Positions 1 through 17,241 of a stretch of 64,000 bases of DNA are shown here, in pieces (position 1 is the stretch's first letter; every line of letters starts with the position of its first letter). This DNA comes from Ophelia neglecta (lineage: Eukaryota). The stretch covers positions 24,676,001 through 24,740,000 of the forward strand of contig OZ260661.1 of assembly GCA_965285935.1 (NCBI GenBank), given 5' to 3'. Position numbers and translations under genes: made by a program. Below the pieces are notes generated by a model. The model did no database searches and was not told the origin of the DNA. It was given only the letters and a program-made list of their open reading frames with translations.

Positions 1-864
1 TCAATTCCCATTGTTTTCCATGTATTTTATATATCTGACCAAGTTCCAAACCAGACCAATTCTTCTTTCCTTAAGTAGTCAGTTGAACAGAATGGCTAGT
101 AATCCTATACTAAATCTATTTCAAAATAATTATTTATCTGCTTTTGACCTGTGTCAATTGGCTTTAATTACTTAAACTAGTTTGTGTGCCAATATTATCT
201 TGCGTTGAGAGGCCCCTGTAAAAATCTGCCTTCAAATACAGAACTTGTCTTTCTCAGGTTAAGGCTACATACAGTCAAACTCGCCTTCCTGTATTAAATT
301 TCCCGGGATTTCAGTTTTCCTTGTAAATCCTTTTTCAAAGCTTTGACCTTGCTACTCCTAGTTTAAAATCTGGTAAATATCAGCACAACTCTACAAATAG
401 AGTTAGGACTTAAACTACAATGCTACCTCACAAAGTGAAGGACTCTTGGCATAGTTTGTGGATTACCCATAATCCCCTCTTGGAGATGATTCCGCCTCGG
501 GCTGGTTGGTTTAGCGAGAGGGAAGGTTGTCTTGTAAGCAGTCTTTGTGCTGGGATGGAGTCTGAAGGACTTGCTAACACCAACAACAATAATATTTAAC
601 TATTCACCCAACTTTACATGTTCTGTGTCAATAAAAGCTACCAATTAAAATTGATTTACCATCTTACTGAAACTAAATTAGTCCCATATCTCGCCGGGCA
701 AGTTCAATAAGGAACCAGCAGAAAGATTTAAATCTTAGTGTTCAATACATTGGACATGTTTATCAATTCTTCCCTTACTATCCTAAAGGTTGATTCAGTT
801 TAATTATTATGTGACTGTATTACAATGTGTTAAACTGTGTTTATTTTATCATTGCATTCTCCAG

Positions 865-876
865 ATGGTATAGTTG
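865..876 (+). CDS. TRIM9: Candidate 12-nt microexon of TRIM9
   Basis: ttgcattctccAG|ATGGTATAGTTG|GTAAGT: good acceptor, consensus donor, length divisible by 3, no stop in the phase-1 frame required by the next exon. Confidence 0.55.
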
Positions 877-2355
877 GTAAGTATACAGAAATGTGAACTA
901 ACAATTGATATGTGTGACACATCGAAACATATGTCTATGACAGAGATGCATTTATAGAAAATATGTCTCTCATAACATGCATGTGCTAAACTGTGCTTCA
1001 GTTATGTATTGTAAAGTATGTTCAAGATAGAGTAGAAACACTATAAAATGTGCATAACATAATAAAAAGTTTATTTCATCTAAAGACAATACATTTCAAT
1101 GTGCTTTAAGTGTCTTAAAATGGCTGTTTACAATGACAATTGTGTTGGAGTTTTGCGTTGCGTAGAAAGATAGTGGCTTGAAGAGCAAAGCATGATTTTA
1201 TGAGATCTGGTGTCTTTTCATTTTTATAGATACATGTATTAATGAATATCATTTTTAGCTGCTTATTGTCTTTTTTCCGTTTTTCGTAGCAATTGAGACA
1301 TTTACCTAAAGATATTTGTAAGCACCATGTTTAGCCATGTACTGTTATAGAGACATGAAGTGAGTGTAGTGTTGCTGTATTTCAAATAAGTGTCCATAAT
1401 TTATTACAATTATTATCTGCCGTATTAGAGACTTGGTGATGAAACAATTGTGGTCAGCGATGCATGGAGAGATGGTAGATGATTAAAGTTGTTCAGTTGG
1501 CATGTTGAGTGGCACACTGTGTTACTTTATAATAAAACTAGCCTTATTATTGTCATGTTTTATCATGAATCAAAACGAAAGAAACTCCGCACTGTGTAAG
1601 TGCATAGGACAGGCTAAATATCAATAGCAGCTTGCCTGTAGCTACATACATAAGGGTTTGGTTATTATGGCAGATGGGACACTTTAGTGGCTGGAGGCAT
1701 TGAAAGTCCTATCCGAGCTGACTGGCCGTGTTCAATACGCCGTGTACCTGGAGGGGGTTACATATATACATTTTACTGTCACATCTCATTACGTTATGAA
1801 TTACATGTAGATCATATAAATATCATTATGGCAGCTGTGGCATCTTCTCTAGTAATCATAATTGAGAATGCTGTAGTATTCACGTGGGATACACAGCAAA
1901 CTTGTCATACAAAGCCAAGGGGCGCAAACATTTGTATGACACAATTGGAAATAGTGTATACCGTAGTGCCTCTAATAATTGGCACCCTGTGTTAATTCAT
2001 TTAATGAATTTAATTTTAATTATTATTTAACCACTGGTAAATAGCCCACCAAAATGATATCCTATCATGAAAATCATGAAGGCCATAAACCTTGTAATCA
2101 AAAAACTGAAAAATTCTATTTGCCTGAAATAATTCATCCGGCTATAAATTTTATAAAATTTAGATGCACTAATTATTAGAGGTATTACGGTAGTATTGTG
2201 AATTCCTCAATAAAAAAATACTCCATTGTATACTACTTCCTTCGTATACTACTCCCTTGATATATTACTCCCTTCATATCAGGTTGATGTTTGATGGTGT
2301 TATTTTACATAATGTTGTACCACTTTCTTTACATTTCCTGATGCTTGTGTTCCAG

Positions 2356-6269
<3,914 letters not shown>

Positions 6270-7512
6270 TATGGCAGCGTACTACTCGCAGTAACAGAGA
6301 GACAGGAGTGACATAGATATTGGCACTTCAGACAATCACTGTGTCTGATTAGCCGTCTTGTGAATACTACTACCCACCACAGGCCGTAAGATATGTACAC
6401 TACTACCAGTCTCAGTGAGTTAGGCTGAGTAGCATACACATTTGTACTACTTTCAATCTCAGTAAGATTGAGGACAATTGGATGGCCCACTTGTACTATT
6501 TCAGTCATATCTGAAATACAGGATAAGTAGTATCCATAATGATGATATGATTGCATGCTACTCTGTCATCATACTACTTCTAGTAATATAGTAAAAAGGT
6601 GTGCAGCCTATCTGGACATTCTGTATCACTAGACCTATACTACTTTCAGTCACAGGATATTGGTACGAGCCAAAAACTAGTAGTAGTTTGGCTGAAGATC
6701 AGCAGTACCAAAAAAACGTATTCTCTACAATACAGTTTGCCAAAGAAGAAAGTAGTATAAGGAAATAATTATTTTAAATTATCTTTGAAATGATAGTTTT
6801 ACAGAATAAGTAATAGTGTAAATAAAACAATGAGTATTGCAGGTGTTTACACTGTCATCACTTGTACTGGTGTAGAACTGCTATCACAGTTAGTAGTACA
6901 GGACTTCTCTGGTGAACACGGACATTGATAGTGGTATATGCTATGAGTGTAGGATTTTGGCCAATGCCAGTAGTATAACACCTGTATGGCCATCACAAGA
7001 CTTGTGTAGAAGTCAGTCATAAACTTTACTATTATATAGATATTGGACCATACAACTAATATGTCAGTGATGGATCATACAACTATGTATCGATGATGGA
7101 CCACTTGACTATGAAACGTGCAAGTTTATGTAGCTCTGTGAAGCTTGCAGGTTGTGTTTTTATAGTATGTTAAAGTCTGATGGATTTCAACATTATATCA
7201 TATTATTTAAAACTGTGAATGAATACGAGTACAGATTTGCAGAGAACGACTAGTTGCTATGACAACCGTGTAGTCATGGAGACCAGGACGTGTGGTCTGG
7301 GGAGCGCTGGTTGAAGGAGTGTGATGATTATGTCAGGTGGTCACATTTCGATAGCAGCGGCATCTACCGGCTATATATTAAACTTATAATCCTGAACTAT
7401 CCGAGCTCCAGTGAATCTGCAGGCAAGAATCAAAACCAAACACAATTCCAAAGTTCAATACATTCAACAGTGTTGATGGCCCTATTAATTATGTATCATG
7501 TTATAATCGTCA

Positions 7513-7752
7513 GGGCCTGATTTCTAGAAGCGGTATTAACTCCCAACTCGGATTTAAAAACAGGATTAAATTGCTTGATTGGTCTTAACTTGCTAATCAG
7601 GGTTTCTGGAAGCTGGATTTGGTGTTAAACCTAGCTATTTTGGTCTTAAAGTGAATCCTGCTCAAGGGAAACACTGATTAACTTGGTCTCAGCTAATTGG
7701 TAATAGGCTAATCTAATCCTAAAACTTCAGACCGCTTCGAGAAAGCTGGCCC
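7513..7752. mobile_element. MITE, possibly Harbinger-like, downstream of the TRIM9 stop (probable 3' UTR)
   Basis: Imperfect TIR GGGCCTGATTTCTAGAAGCGG / CCGCTTCGAGAAAGCTGGCCC; 3-bp flanks TCA/ACA. Confidence 0.55.
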
Positions 7753-9800
7753 ACAACTTAAACATTGATGTAATTTGTATTTATACACATATAGTCTTGT
7801 AATAATCATTTGTTTATCTGTTTTAAGTGTAAACAAATGGTAAATAGAAGATCATTTGTAGCTTCCTTTTGTTGTGTCCTGAGGTTAAAGCCATGCTTAC
7901 TAGTAAGATAATGTAACATGTGGGCAGGGGAACAGTGTCATTTTCACCTGGTCAAATGGTATCACTAAGTAATTTCTTGATAAAATGATATGAAGTAGTA
8001 ACATATATAAGATAATGGCTGCCACTTGTCCTATGACAAAATTAATGTAACCTTGAACTTAGCCTGTTGAAACAGGGATCATTTGTTTGTTCATGTCACC
8101 ATGATCTCAAGTGTGTTTGGATAGGAAATATTATTTAGGAAGCCATTTCATTCAGGCATTTAATTATAGCCTTAAATTCATATTTACTATATTCCATCCA
8201 CGTTATCATCAGCTAAGACTGGTATATTGAGCACTGACCGACATATGATGTCCTAAAATAGGGATTGGCATTCGCTCTGGAGGGTGAGAGATGGGCCCCA
8301 GCTGAGAAGAGGATCAGTTTCTGTACTTTAGGACCCACTGCCCCCTGGACATGTCTGCCTGGCTAAGCTGCATTTAGGTTATGTCAGTTTTAATTATGTA
8401 CAATATTTAATCAGTTTCTACCAGTAAACACTGCAGTAGATATCTAAGTTTACAAGAATTTACAATTGGCACACGATTTGTACCAGTAATGACGTGAAGT
8501 GCATGCACGAAGCCTACTTCTGAAACAAATTGTATTGAATTGCTACTCGTTTATTAATGGATCTGGAATCATGAAAAGCTTATTCATGGAAGATTTTTAT
8601 CCTGAATCGGCCAGATCATGATAGGTCATGGTGCCCATTGCAGATTTATATTTCGGACTAATATATTGGCCTAATTGTTTGGTATTCAAATTGACATCAT
8701 CAATAATAAAACAACACAACCTGTTGTGACATTTTTGCATAGAAGGTTTATTTTTTTTGAACTTGTAAATTTTGGTCCCTACTTCTGTAATGAACTCACG
8801 CTTTAACAATCATTATATTCATTAGACTACTACTGCTTTTGGCTTTCTGTTCATGATATTTCGGGTGGTTACTGCTATGTTTGGTGAGCTGGTATTGTCT
8901 TCATTGTTTACAAATATGTTATTAATGGTTTAGCATATGGTCACTAAATTTAAGGAGTAATTTTCCACTTTCATTTTAAATTCTGCATTTTCCCTGATAG
9001 CAATCCTCGTTCCCTTTGTTTGCACACAAACTACTAATGTTAAGTGTATTTTGACCAACCCATTTACGGCAACGTTTAATATAAGAGTAGTGCAGAAAGT
9101 ATACGGGAGTAGTATAATGCTTGTTCGTCCCTGTATCTTGATGATAGCAGTAAACGTATTGCTCTGTGTGTTCTGTTAGTGTTTTATTTATTAACACATG
9201 TATATTTGTATATATATATATATCTATATATTACCAGTTAGTTGATAACTCGCTTGTAAAGGGTTAACTCCCTTGTTAACCATTTTAGAACCCTGTGCCC
9301 TAGTCCAGAAAAGTCCTCGGCGATGGATCAACAGATAGATACATGTACATATATTTTATCTTTGGATTATTTCAAATTTTCATGAGCAAATGATAAGCAA
9401 TACGGTCACTGTATGTTATTGAACAAAATAATTCATGCAACACTTCGTTTAAATTGATTTTAGAAATTTGAGGATTTGAAAAGTGTCCATTTCAAATGTT
9501 TTCCACATTCTGCGTTTATTTGTAGCAAGGTTCACTATTTGTCACCTTAAACTTTTTTTTTCCATTTACTTAGAGATTTGTTGGAAAACATGGTAAATAA
9601 CTTGAGATCGTTATATGTTGATGGTGACTGAGATAGTTACAAACCGTAGGTCCTAGTTTGAGTTGTATACAAACTGGCGGTTCTAGTTTGTGTTTGGATC
9701 TGTCATGGAAAACTATTTTAATGTCATTCATTATTCCGTACTTCACAATGTTCAGAGTCTAAATTTGTATCTTTAACTTGTATATTTATCTGAATTTCAA

Positions 9801-9830
9801 AATAAATTGGAGTGAATTTGTCTGAATAAA
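9801..9830 (+). terminator. Candidate distal polyadenylation signals of TRIM9
   Basis: Two AATAAA (9801-9806, 9825-9830) followed by T-rich sequence. Earlier AATAAA hexamers exist, so the true end is uncertain. Confidence 0.3.
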
Positions 9831-11043
9831 GTCTTCTCTTTTTACCTCCACACCTGCAGGAACAGCTTCCAGAGTTGAATAATATTTGATTAAAAAAATA
9901 GATGTAATTTGTTGTAATAAGACTACGTAATCGGAATTGGAAGTTTTTGTTTTGTCTTTCTAATGGTTTATTTTTAAAAACGACTAAATACTACAGTCTT
10001 AAATGTCTGTGGTGGAAATTAAATTATGCTTGTATATTACTGAGTACAAACTGATGAAAATGGATATTAAGGTTTTATCAGAGGACACACATTAATTGTG
10101 TTGGCAAAAGGTTATCATAAGATGCCTCTATGGTAAAACTGTATGCCAGTTATAACATTTATAAGCGGAAAACAATATCAAGCAAAATACTACTTTCATA
10201 GCAAATTTCGAATGGTTTTTTCTACGTTGTTGAAATCCCTAACACCTGATAATTTGTAAATGTGTAAGTTAAAATTTAAACTTATTTAGAAAGGCCACGT
10301 TTATAGACACACTGAACACTTTTTTTAGGACTCTATGGGGATACTTTAGGTAGATCTATAGTTTTAAGCATATAGTTATAAACCAGTTAATATGCGAACA
10401 TTATATTTGGCAGGGTCAGATAAGTTTGTAAACAAAACTCAACTTTAATCTTAGAAACTGAGAGACCTAATTCAGGACTTGCAGTTCATCGTTTACATAC
10501 TTAGACACGTCACTGGCTTTGAGGCAGTTTCGGAGTAGTATTTTATGGCATCGAGTAGTGTGAATGCTATTCTTGCCTGGCAGTTATTGTTTTAGTAGTG
10601 ACATCTGGCGAATAAGGTAACTCGCATGTAATCCCGAGACACTATTCTTCCCCTTCTCGTTCTTCGCGCTCGTAAATCAGTACACGAATATGCATCAGAG
10701 AAGAGTGGTAAGTATAGCACAAATATATGAAGCGCGCAGACGGGAGAGATACTGACAATTATCAAGTTGGGGCTATCGGCAAACAATATAATAGTTAACA
10801 TACACTTACCAGTTTGCCAAACATGATACTTGTGATTTCATTCGCTATTTTTTACTTCATGTTGAGCGATAATAAATGTTTTTGCGTATTTGAAAGTTTC
10901 GTCAAAACGTACAGTACTCCGACAATCTCTTGACTATATTCATATAGTATATTGGTACAGTCGCCTCCCGGTTATCCGCCCTCCGATTTAACGACATTTC
11001 GGATTATCCGAACCAAATCGAGGTCCTCCGAATTTTCAAAATA

Positions 11044-11938
11044 CAACATAGACTCTATTAACCGAATTTCTGGATTAACCGAATCGAATCCATGTCCCAC
11101 GAAAATACCATATAAAATCTAAAAAATATGATTCCATCATATTTCTTGGGAAACAACAGGTTTAAATCAGGTGTATGTCACAGGTATTCGTACAGTGTTA
11201 ACTAATTGCAGTTCGGTTGGGCGCCGCATTCGCACTTCCCGACAGCCTAACATACTGCGATGTAATCAAAGGCCGTCTTCATAATGTGACCGAGAATCGC
11301 CCCTTCTTGGATTAATACTGATAATCTTAAGTCTAAGGCCTCCGTGGTCGACAAAACTCACTTAAATCAGTGAATAAAATGACAGTTAGAAGTGTCAGAA
11401 GGAACTCGCGATAAGCCACGCTCATGCAGCCTCGTTTTCAAGCTTTCGGAACCACCATGTTGGGAAGTATTTTCACAGATCGCATGGGCGAATCTCCAGC
11501 TATGTTGTCACTTGTCCCGAATATCAGTTGTAAAGTGAACGAACTTTAAGTGGCATAATAATCCTCGTGAAGTATTTGTATGAAGTAAATCTGTAGAAAC
11601 ATTCACTGCTACTACTGCGTATGCATTGTTGACGTTGTCAGACGGGTACTGAAAAAATGAACACAACCGATCTCAGAAGCGAGCTCATCTTGCAACTAGT
11701 ATGCTTGTACCGATGAATAAACATTTACATTTTATTTACAATTTTATTTTATTTGTCTTGTTTTCTGATAAATTCAGAAATCCATATTTAACTCAACCAC
11801 AAAACCATATAAAATCGTACCGAACTGCGCTGAACGGAATGGGGGGGAGGGTGGGGGGGGAACTCGATCAACCGAAACCCCTGTTAACCGAAAAAAATTG
11901 TTGTCCCCGGACGAGTTCGGTTAATTGAGTCTATGCTG
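11044..11938. mobile_element. Non-autonomous Tc1/mariner-pogo-like DNA transposon (895 bp)
   Basis: 23-bp TIR CAACATAGACTCTATTAACCGAA vs CAGCATAGACTCAATTAACCGAA (21/23), TA on both sides. It abuts a further terminal fragment TA-CAGTCGCCTCCCGGTTATCCG at 10958-11041. Confidence 0.75.
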
Positions 11939-12990
11939 TATGTGTGATTTGCTTCAATTAATTGCAATGTGTACTAGACGAAACGGTCACACTCGCATTG
12001 TTTGTTTACATGCTGCAGCCGCAAAAGCATTTAATGTGTTAATTCAGTAAAATAAACAAGAAATGTATTTCCTATTGATCAGAATAATTATGCATTGTAT
12101 AGACTTTTTGAGCTTTCCTCAGAAAAATTTCAACATGTTTTAAACTTTTCTAACTTTTACAGTTAAGTGATTTGACACATTTTGAACATGATTGGGTGAT
12201 TTCTATAATAGCGTGGAATATTGTCAAGTGCCATGCACTGCATAACTTGCCCTTAAGTAACATATGGTACTCTTTTTCATTTGATTTAAGCTGATTTCTC
12301 CCCCAAATAATCGTCTCCATATTTAGGATTTTTTTTCTGGTGCGAAATACGAAGTGTTACAACATTTTGGTTACTTATACCTACAGTCAAGTTTGCAGGG
12401 GAATCCAAAGATGGACTGGTTCAAATATTTATACACTATATATTTACTAGCTTTACTTACCTTTAAAATAAATACTGATGCCAGGTTTTTGTTTTTCAGA
12501 AGGGGCCTGTGTGGGTGTATCTATAGCGGAGTCTACCTGTAACCAGCATGTTAGGACTTCCCGCTGTTGGAAGGCTGCACTGCCCCAGCTGGCTGACTAG
12601 TGGCAGATGTGGTCATCTTCTCCAGGCTGTGTGTGCTACTTGGCCATGGAAATCGGTTGGTGCAGCTTTTATAACCACACTGTGAAGCTATTCATTTTAC
12701 TACTAATTACCTCAATGATCCTCTTAAAAACAGGAGTGGAAAACCCCGGCAGACGTAGCTAAATCATTGATTAAGAGTAGTACGTCAATCTATCTGAAAC
12801 CAGTAGTCTCTACACCACGCACATCGATACGTCAATTTCAAGCTTCCGAAGAGCATGTAGCTATAACTTGTACTTTAAACCATATAATTTGGTTTATGTT
12901 AGAAGACCACTCAAACATTCTGTCTTGCCTTAGCAGAATTTCTTTTGGGAATGCAATTGATTTGTTTTTATTTTTGTCCTGTTTATGTAA

Positions 12991-15926
12991 GGGCTGTTCC
13001 AGAAATTGTCTTCAGGGGAGGGGGTGGGAGGCAACTTTTTTTCAGACCCCCCTCCCCCGGACAGACCTTTTCCAAAGTTCCCCCATCCCCCGGACTTATG
13101 TTTTTGTTAACACCCCCACCTCCCAGACAAGCTTTCTCCAAAGACCCCCCCTATCCTGGACACCGTTTTTCAAAAAGTGCCTCCCCCCCGACAAAAAAAA
13201 GTTAACTTTTTTTATTAAAGTCCCTTTCAACGCTGGAGAGGTCACATCGGGAAAAAGGAGTCCATTCGAAAGATTAGGCACACATCAGATGGATCACTCC
13301 CCCAACACAAGGCTAGGTTGAAAAACACCCCCTCAGGCTGGATTTGAACCCAGGCCCGGGAGGTCCCTCCGGACAATCCCACAGGACTAATCCTACATGT
13401 TCATATGCATTTGCCCCCAATACCCCGTCCTCAGCACTAGCTTGGAGGCACAAACTGCACCATATATTTCTAAGACACCACATTGACCCCTCTTGGTTCT
13501 ACTTTTTAGGCAGCTTTTTGTAAACCTTTCTGAACTATAGAGAAATTTATCCTCCAAAGCTACTATACCTTACTATGTAATATTTATACTCCCAATAGAT
13601 ATGAAAGTAAAATTCCTCCTGCTCGTGTATGCAACTCCACGAGAGATTTTCAGTGGTGGTCACACTAGACTTTATAAGTGTAACCTGTGGATAATTATCA
13701 AGCAGGAGACATATCACTGCACAGTTAAGGTTGTAATCATGGCATTTAAATGCAATAAACATAGGTAATAAATTATGGGAAATGGGCAAAGAAGATTTGT
13801 TCAACAGGGAGGGGAGTACTCTGCTTTAATTATAAAACCTAGTTTAGTATCTAGATAAATGCAATATTCTTATGTTATTTTGGACATTTATAGTAACAAG
13901 ATATAGTGCATGATGAAAAAATTTATCATCAAGTTGTGATACTTGTGTTTGTTAAAACCATACAAATCATACTGAAGCACATTCATTTATGAAGAGCAAG
14001 ATCCAAAGTAAATATCACCTGACAGGTGTTCAATTCAACTAACAAGGATCTCCCACAATGGGATTCATCTTCAAATTGTTGCAGGAATACCAAGATCAAT
14101 TCTCTCACCAAAGCACACATAAACCATAGACATGCAATAAATAATAATAGGACACATTCAATGTACCAATGAAAGACAAATTATAATTATTCCTAGGATA
14201 TAACACAATGATTGTGGACTTTCTGGACTTTCGCTCGGTGATCCATCTTAAGCCTATGCTGCCTCCTCCAGGCGTGCGAATATGGCGGAGAACGCAAGCT
14301 GCGCCCAAGCCAAACTGCCCGCGAACTAAAACGTACCTGACAAATGCCAACCTGGTCCAGCTGAAATCAGGGACCGAAATTACCGCTTTCCCGATTGCCG
14401 GGGGCAAACGGTTTTGCTCTCGGGCTAGCTCTATAATAGCTGTACTTGCCCGTTGGGCAAATAAAGCAAAAATATGCTTTTTATTCATCAAAATTTGGGC
14501 TAGTTGTCAGTTCTGTCTGCTCATCGCGCCCATTTTGGTTCACAGTAAAAGTGTCGAAATCGTTGTAACTCGTTCGCCATACAGCAGTGAGTGTGCACTA
14601 CTCGCGAAACGCAGTGTGTGCAGTGGAGCCCGGAGCAAATTACCGCAAGTAGTATATGCTTGTATCCCACTAGCGGCTGTGGTTATGCAAAAGCAATGTA
14701 AGTCAAATCTTTCGCGACTCTCTCGATGCAAAGGACAACATGTCAAGCCTGTTGAACTTTGGTTTCATGAGTGTTAATGAAAAATTGCTAGGATACAACA
14801 TACACAGTTAAACATAGACAGTATTGCTTGGGGTGGTGGAAAGAAGGCAGGGGAGGTGGAGGATGGGGATGGTATGGAACTGGGGAACCTTGATGGGGAT
14901 GGTGTGAAGGCAGCACAAAAACATGACAGTGACATTGATGAGGACTATTATTCAGAGGATATTGACAGTGAAGGGGAGAAAGAGGCCTACAAATTGTTTC
15001 TAAGTACCCAGCAATAGTTTTCATGATTCTGTGGGGTGGATTCTTTTCAAAATAAAAGCTATGAATATGTTTATTTTGTATCAAATGGCGTTGTCTGCTT
15101 CATTAATGTTCTAGGTGGGTGTAACAATTCAATTCTCATTTTTTCGCCGTTATTCACAACTATGTAGTATTTGCGTCAACTTTTTGTTCTTTAGGGCAAG
15201 TTCAATTTTTATGTTACTTGCCCTTGGTCAAATAGATTTGAAGTTGGGCAAGTAACATAAAATCTGAACTTGCCCACAGGGCCAATGATAAATTTCTACT
15301 TATTTCTACCCCTGGCTGATCAATCGATCAACTAGCTCCAAGGTATAACTATACTTATAGCTTTTGCTGTTTTGATCTTATGTTTTCCCTGGTTTGACTA
15401 TGTCCTGAGAAAAGGTAATTTAAATTGTGCTGCCGCTGCCGAAACTGCGTATTGACGCTTTGGTTGTGGCCGGGTTAGTTGTGGCCGGGTGCATATCGCA
15501 TTTGTTCACGGTTTGACCGTCAATGGAAGAAACCGCAAATATATATAGTCTTGCGCGAGAATATATGGATGCACGATTCCAAAGCGGTCAGCGGTGAACC
15601 CGAACAACAGAACATGTATATACATGGAATCATCTTTAGGGACCATTCTGCCCCTCGGACATATCACTGTGACTTAATTTGCACGAACTTATAGGTAGGC
15701 TTTCAATACCGGCTTTTCCCCGAGTCCGATCCCCCGGACATAAGTTTGAAAATTCCCCCCCCCCCTCCCCCGGACCCACTATTTGAATTACACCCCCATC
15801 CCCAGGACAGGCTTTTTTATTTAACCCCCCCATATCCCGGACAGCCCTTTCCAATTTACCCCCCCTATCCCGGACAGGGAAGTCGTTGCCGCCCACCCCC
15901 CCTGAGGACAATTTCTGGAACAGCCC
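12991..15926. mobile_element. Non-autonomous PIF/Harbinger-like DNA transposon (2936 bp)
   Basis: TIR GGGCTGTTCCAGAAATTGTC (20 bp perfect, ~45 bp imperfect), TAA target duplication (12988-12990 and 15927-15929), subterminal CCCCGGACA repeats at both ends; no recognisable transposase. Confidence 0.85.
14368..15314. mobile_element. hAT-like non-autonomous element nested in the Harbinger-like element
   Basis: Ends CAGGGACCGAAAT / ATTTCTACCCCTG, repeated TTGCCC/GGGCAA subterminal motifs, degenerate 8-bp flanks GCTGAAAT/GCTGATCA. Confidence 0.5.
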
Positions 15927-16383
15927 TAACCTCAAAAATGTTGTTAATGAATTTTTTATACCTTAATCCTTTTTGTGTAATTACTGATAATGTTTAAGGT
16001 TATCAAATAATTTACCTGTTCCAGATTTTAGCCTATTTCATGCAAGTATACTTTGTATAAATCTGAAGAAAAAAAAACTAGTGTGTGTTTGGAATTTCAG
16101 ATAAACTTGAACACTGGGTTCCTGAACTGTGGCGGTGTCTGCCGATGGCAGAATGGGCAAACTGCTTTGAATGGCTGTGGACAATGTAATGAAATCAACA
16201 ACATAAATCATGAAAAATTGGAACAGAAGGTACTCAACATTTGAAATGACACTGTTATTTATTAATGCACAACATATTTATTTGGTTCAATTAATATTAC
16301 ATTTCAAGCAACTCGCTCATTAGGTACAAGGTAGAAGTTTGAATTTACTTGACAATGTCCTTTAACAAAGCTTTCTTTTGCAG

Positions 16384-17241
16384 ATATCATACCAGAAGTA
16401 TTTTGTCTTGAATCCGATAAAGCTGGGAACGTCAAATCTACAAATGCAATGTGTTAACTCAATTTCATCACTAAATCTTCTTCTAAGTAGTGATTCTTTA
16501 ATTGCTGGCAATGTCAGAAATATCCACACAAGTAGTATACACACAAGTAGTATGTCAGAAAATGGGGATGATGAAGAGGTTGTTAAGACAGAGGTTTCAC
16601 AGAATCTTGGTGTGATCCTCACTACAAAAAGCCATGTGTGCAATATATGTGGAAAGAAATTCTTAACTGCTAGAGGGTTGAAAGTCCATCTGTGCACTCA
16701 TAGCCAGGAGATGCCTAACATATGTGATACGTGCGGAAAGGGGTTCTTTACATCGACAGAATTGGATATCCACCGTATCGGGCACAGTAAGGAGGAGAGA
16801 CCATACAAATGTAGCTACTGTGGTAAAGGCTTCAAAACAGCATCTCATCTGGAGAGCCACCTGCGTAAACACACAGGAGAGAGACCTTACTCATGTTCTG
16901 TCTGTGGAGAAACCTTCCCAAGTTACGTCCAGCTCAAGAGGCATGGATACAAACACAGCGGGGAGAAACCGCATCAGTGTGAAAAATGTGGGCAGAGATT
17001 TCTAACTGCACAGGAACTGATCTACCATCGGAGAGTGCATACGGGGGAAAGACCATTTGTGTGTCGCCAGTGTGGAAAGGCTTTCAAGCAGCATAGTCAT
17101 CTATATCACCACCAGAGGGTGCACAGCTCAGAGAGGCCTTTTGTCTGTGACATCTGTGGCAATAAGTATAAAAACAAAGGTACCCTGGATCGTCACAAGA
17201 ACAAGGTCCATAGTGGAGATATTTTAGAGGTGGAAGTTTAA
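16384..17241 (+). CDS. C2H2 zinc-finger protein, 7 tandem fingers (terminal exon)
   Basis: Seven C-x2-C...H-x3/4-H fingers with HTGERP/HSGEKP linkers. Acceptor ttttgcAG at 16383; an in-frame phase-0 upstream exon ending 16229 (CAGAAG|GTACTC) is plausible; alternative start ATG 16552; AATAAA at ~17361. Confidence 0.9.
   Translation: MSYQKYFVLNPIKLGTSNLQMQCVNSISSLNLLLSSDSLIAGNVRNIHTSSIHTSSMSENGDDEEVVKTEVSQNLGVILTTKSHVCNICGKKFLTARGLKVHLCTHSQEMPNICDTCGKGFFTSTELDIHRIGHSKEERPYKCSYCGKGFKTASHLESHLRKHTGERPYSCSVCGETFPSYVQLKRHGYKHSGEKPHQCEKCGQRFLTAQELIYHRRVHTGERPFVCRQCGKAFKQHSHLYHHQRVHSSERPFVCDICGNKYKNKGTLDRHKNKVHSGDILEVEV

Noticed and set aside
12767-14777. ORFs of 184 and 189 aa overlapping the Harbinger-like element
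   Set aside because: No DDE or Myb/SANT motifs, and they cross element boundaries; probably spurious.
15340-15405. Hammerhead-ribozyme-like CTGA...CCGAAAC
   Set aside because: The core is CTGAGAA rather than CTGANGA, and no convincing stems I/III or cleavage triplet are present.
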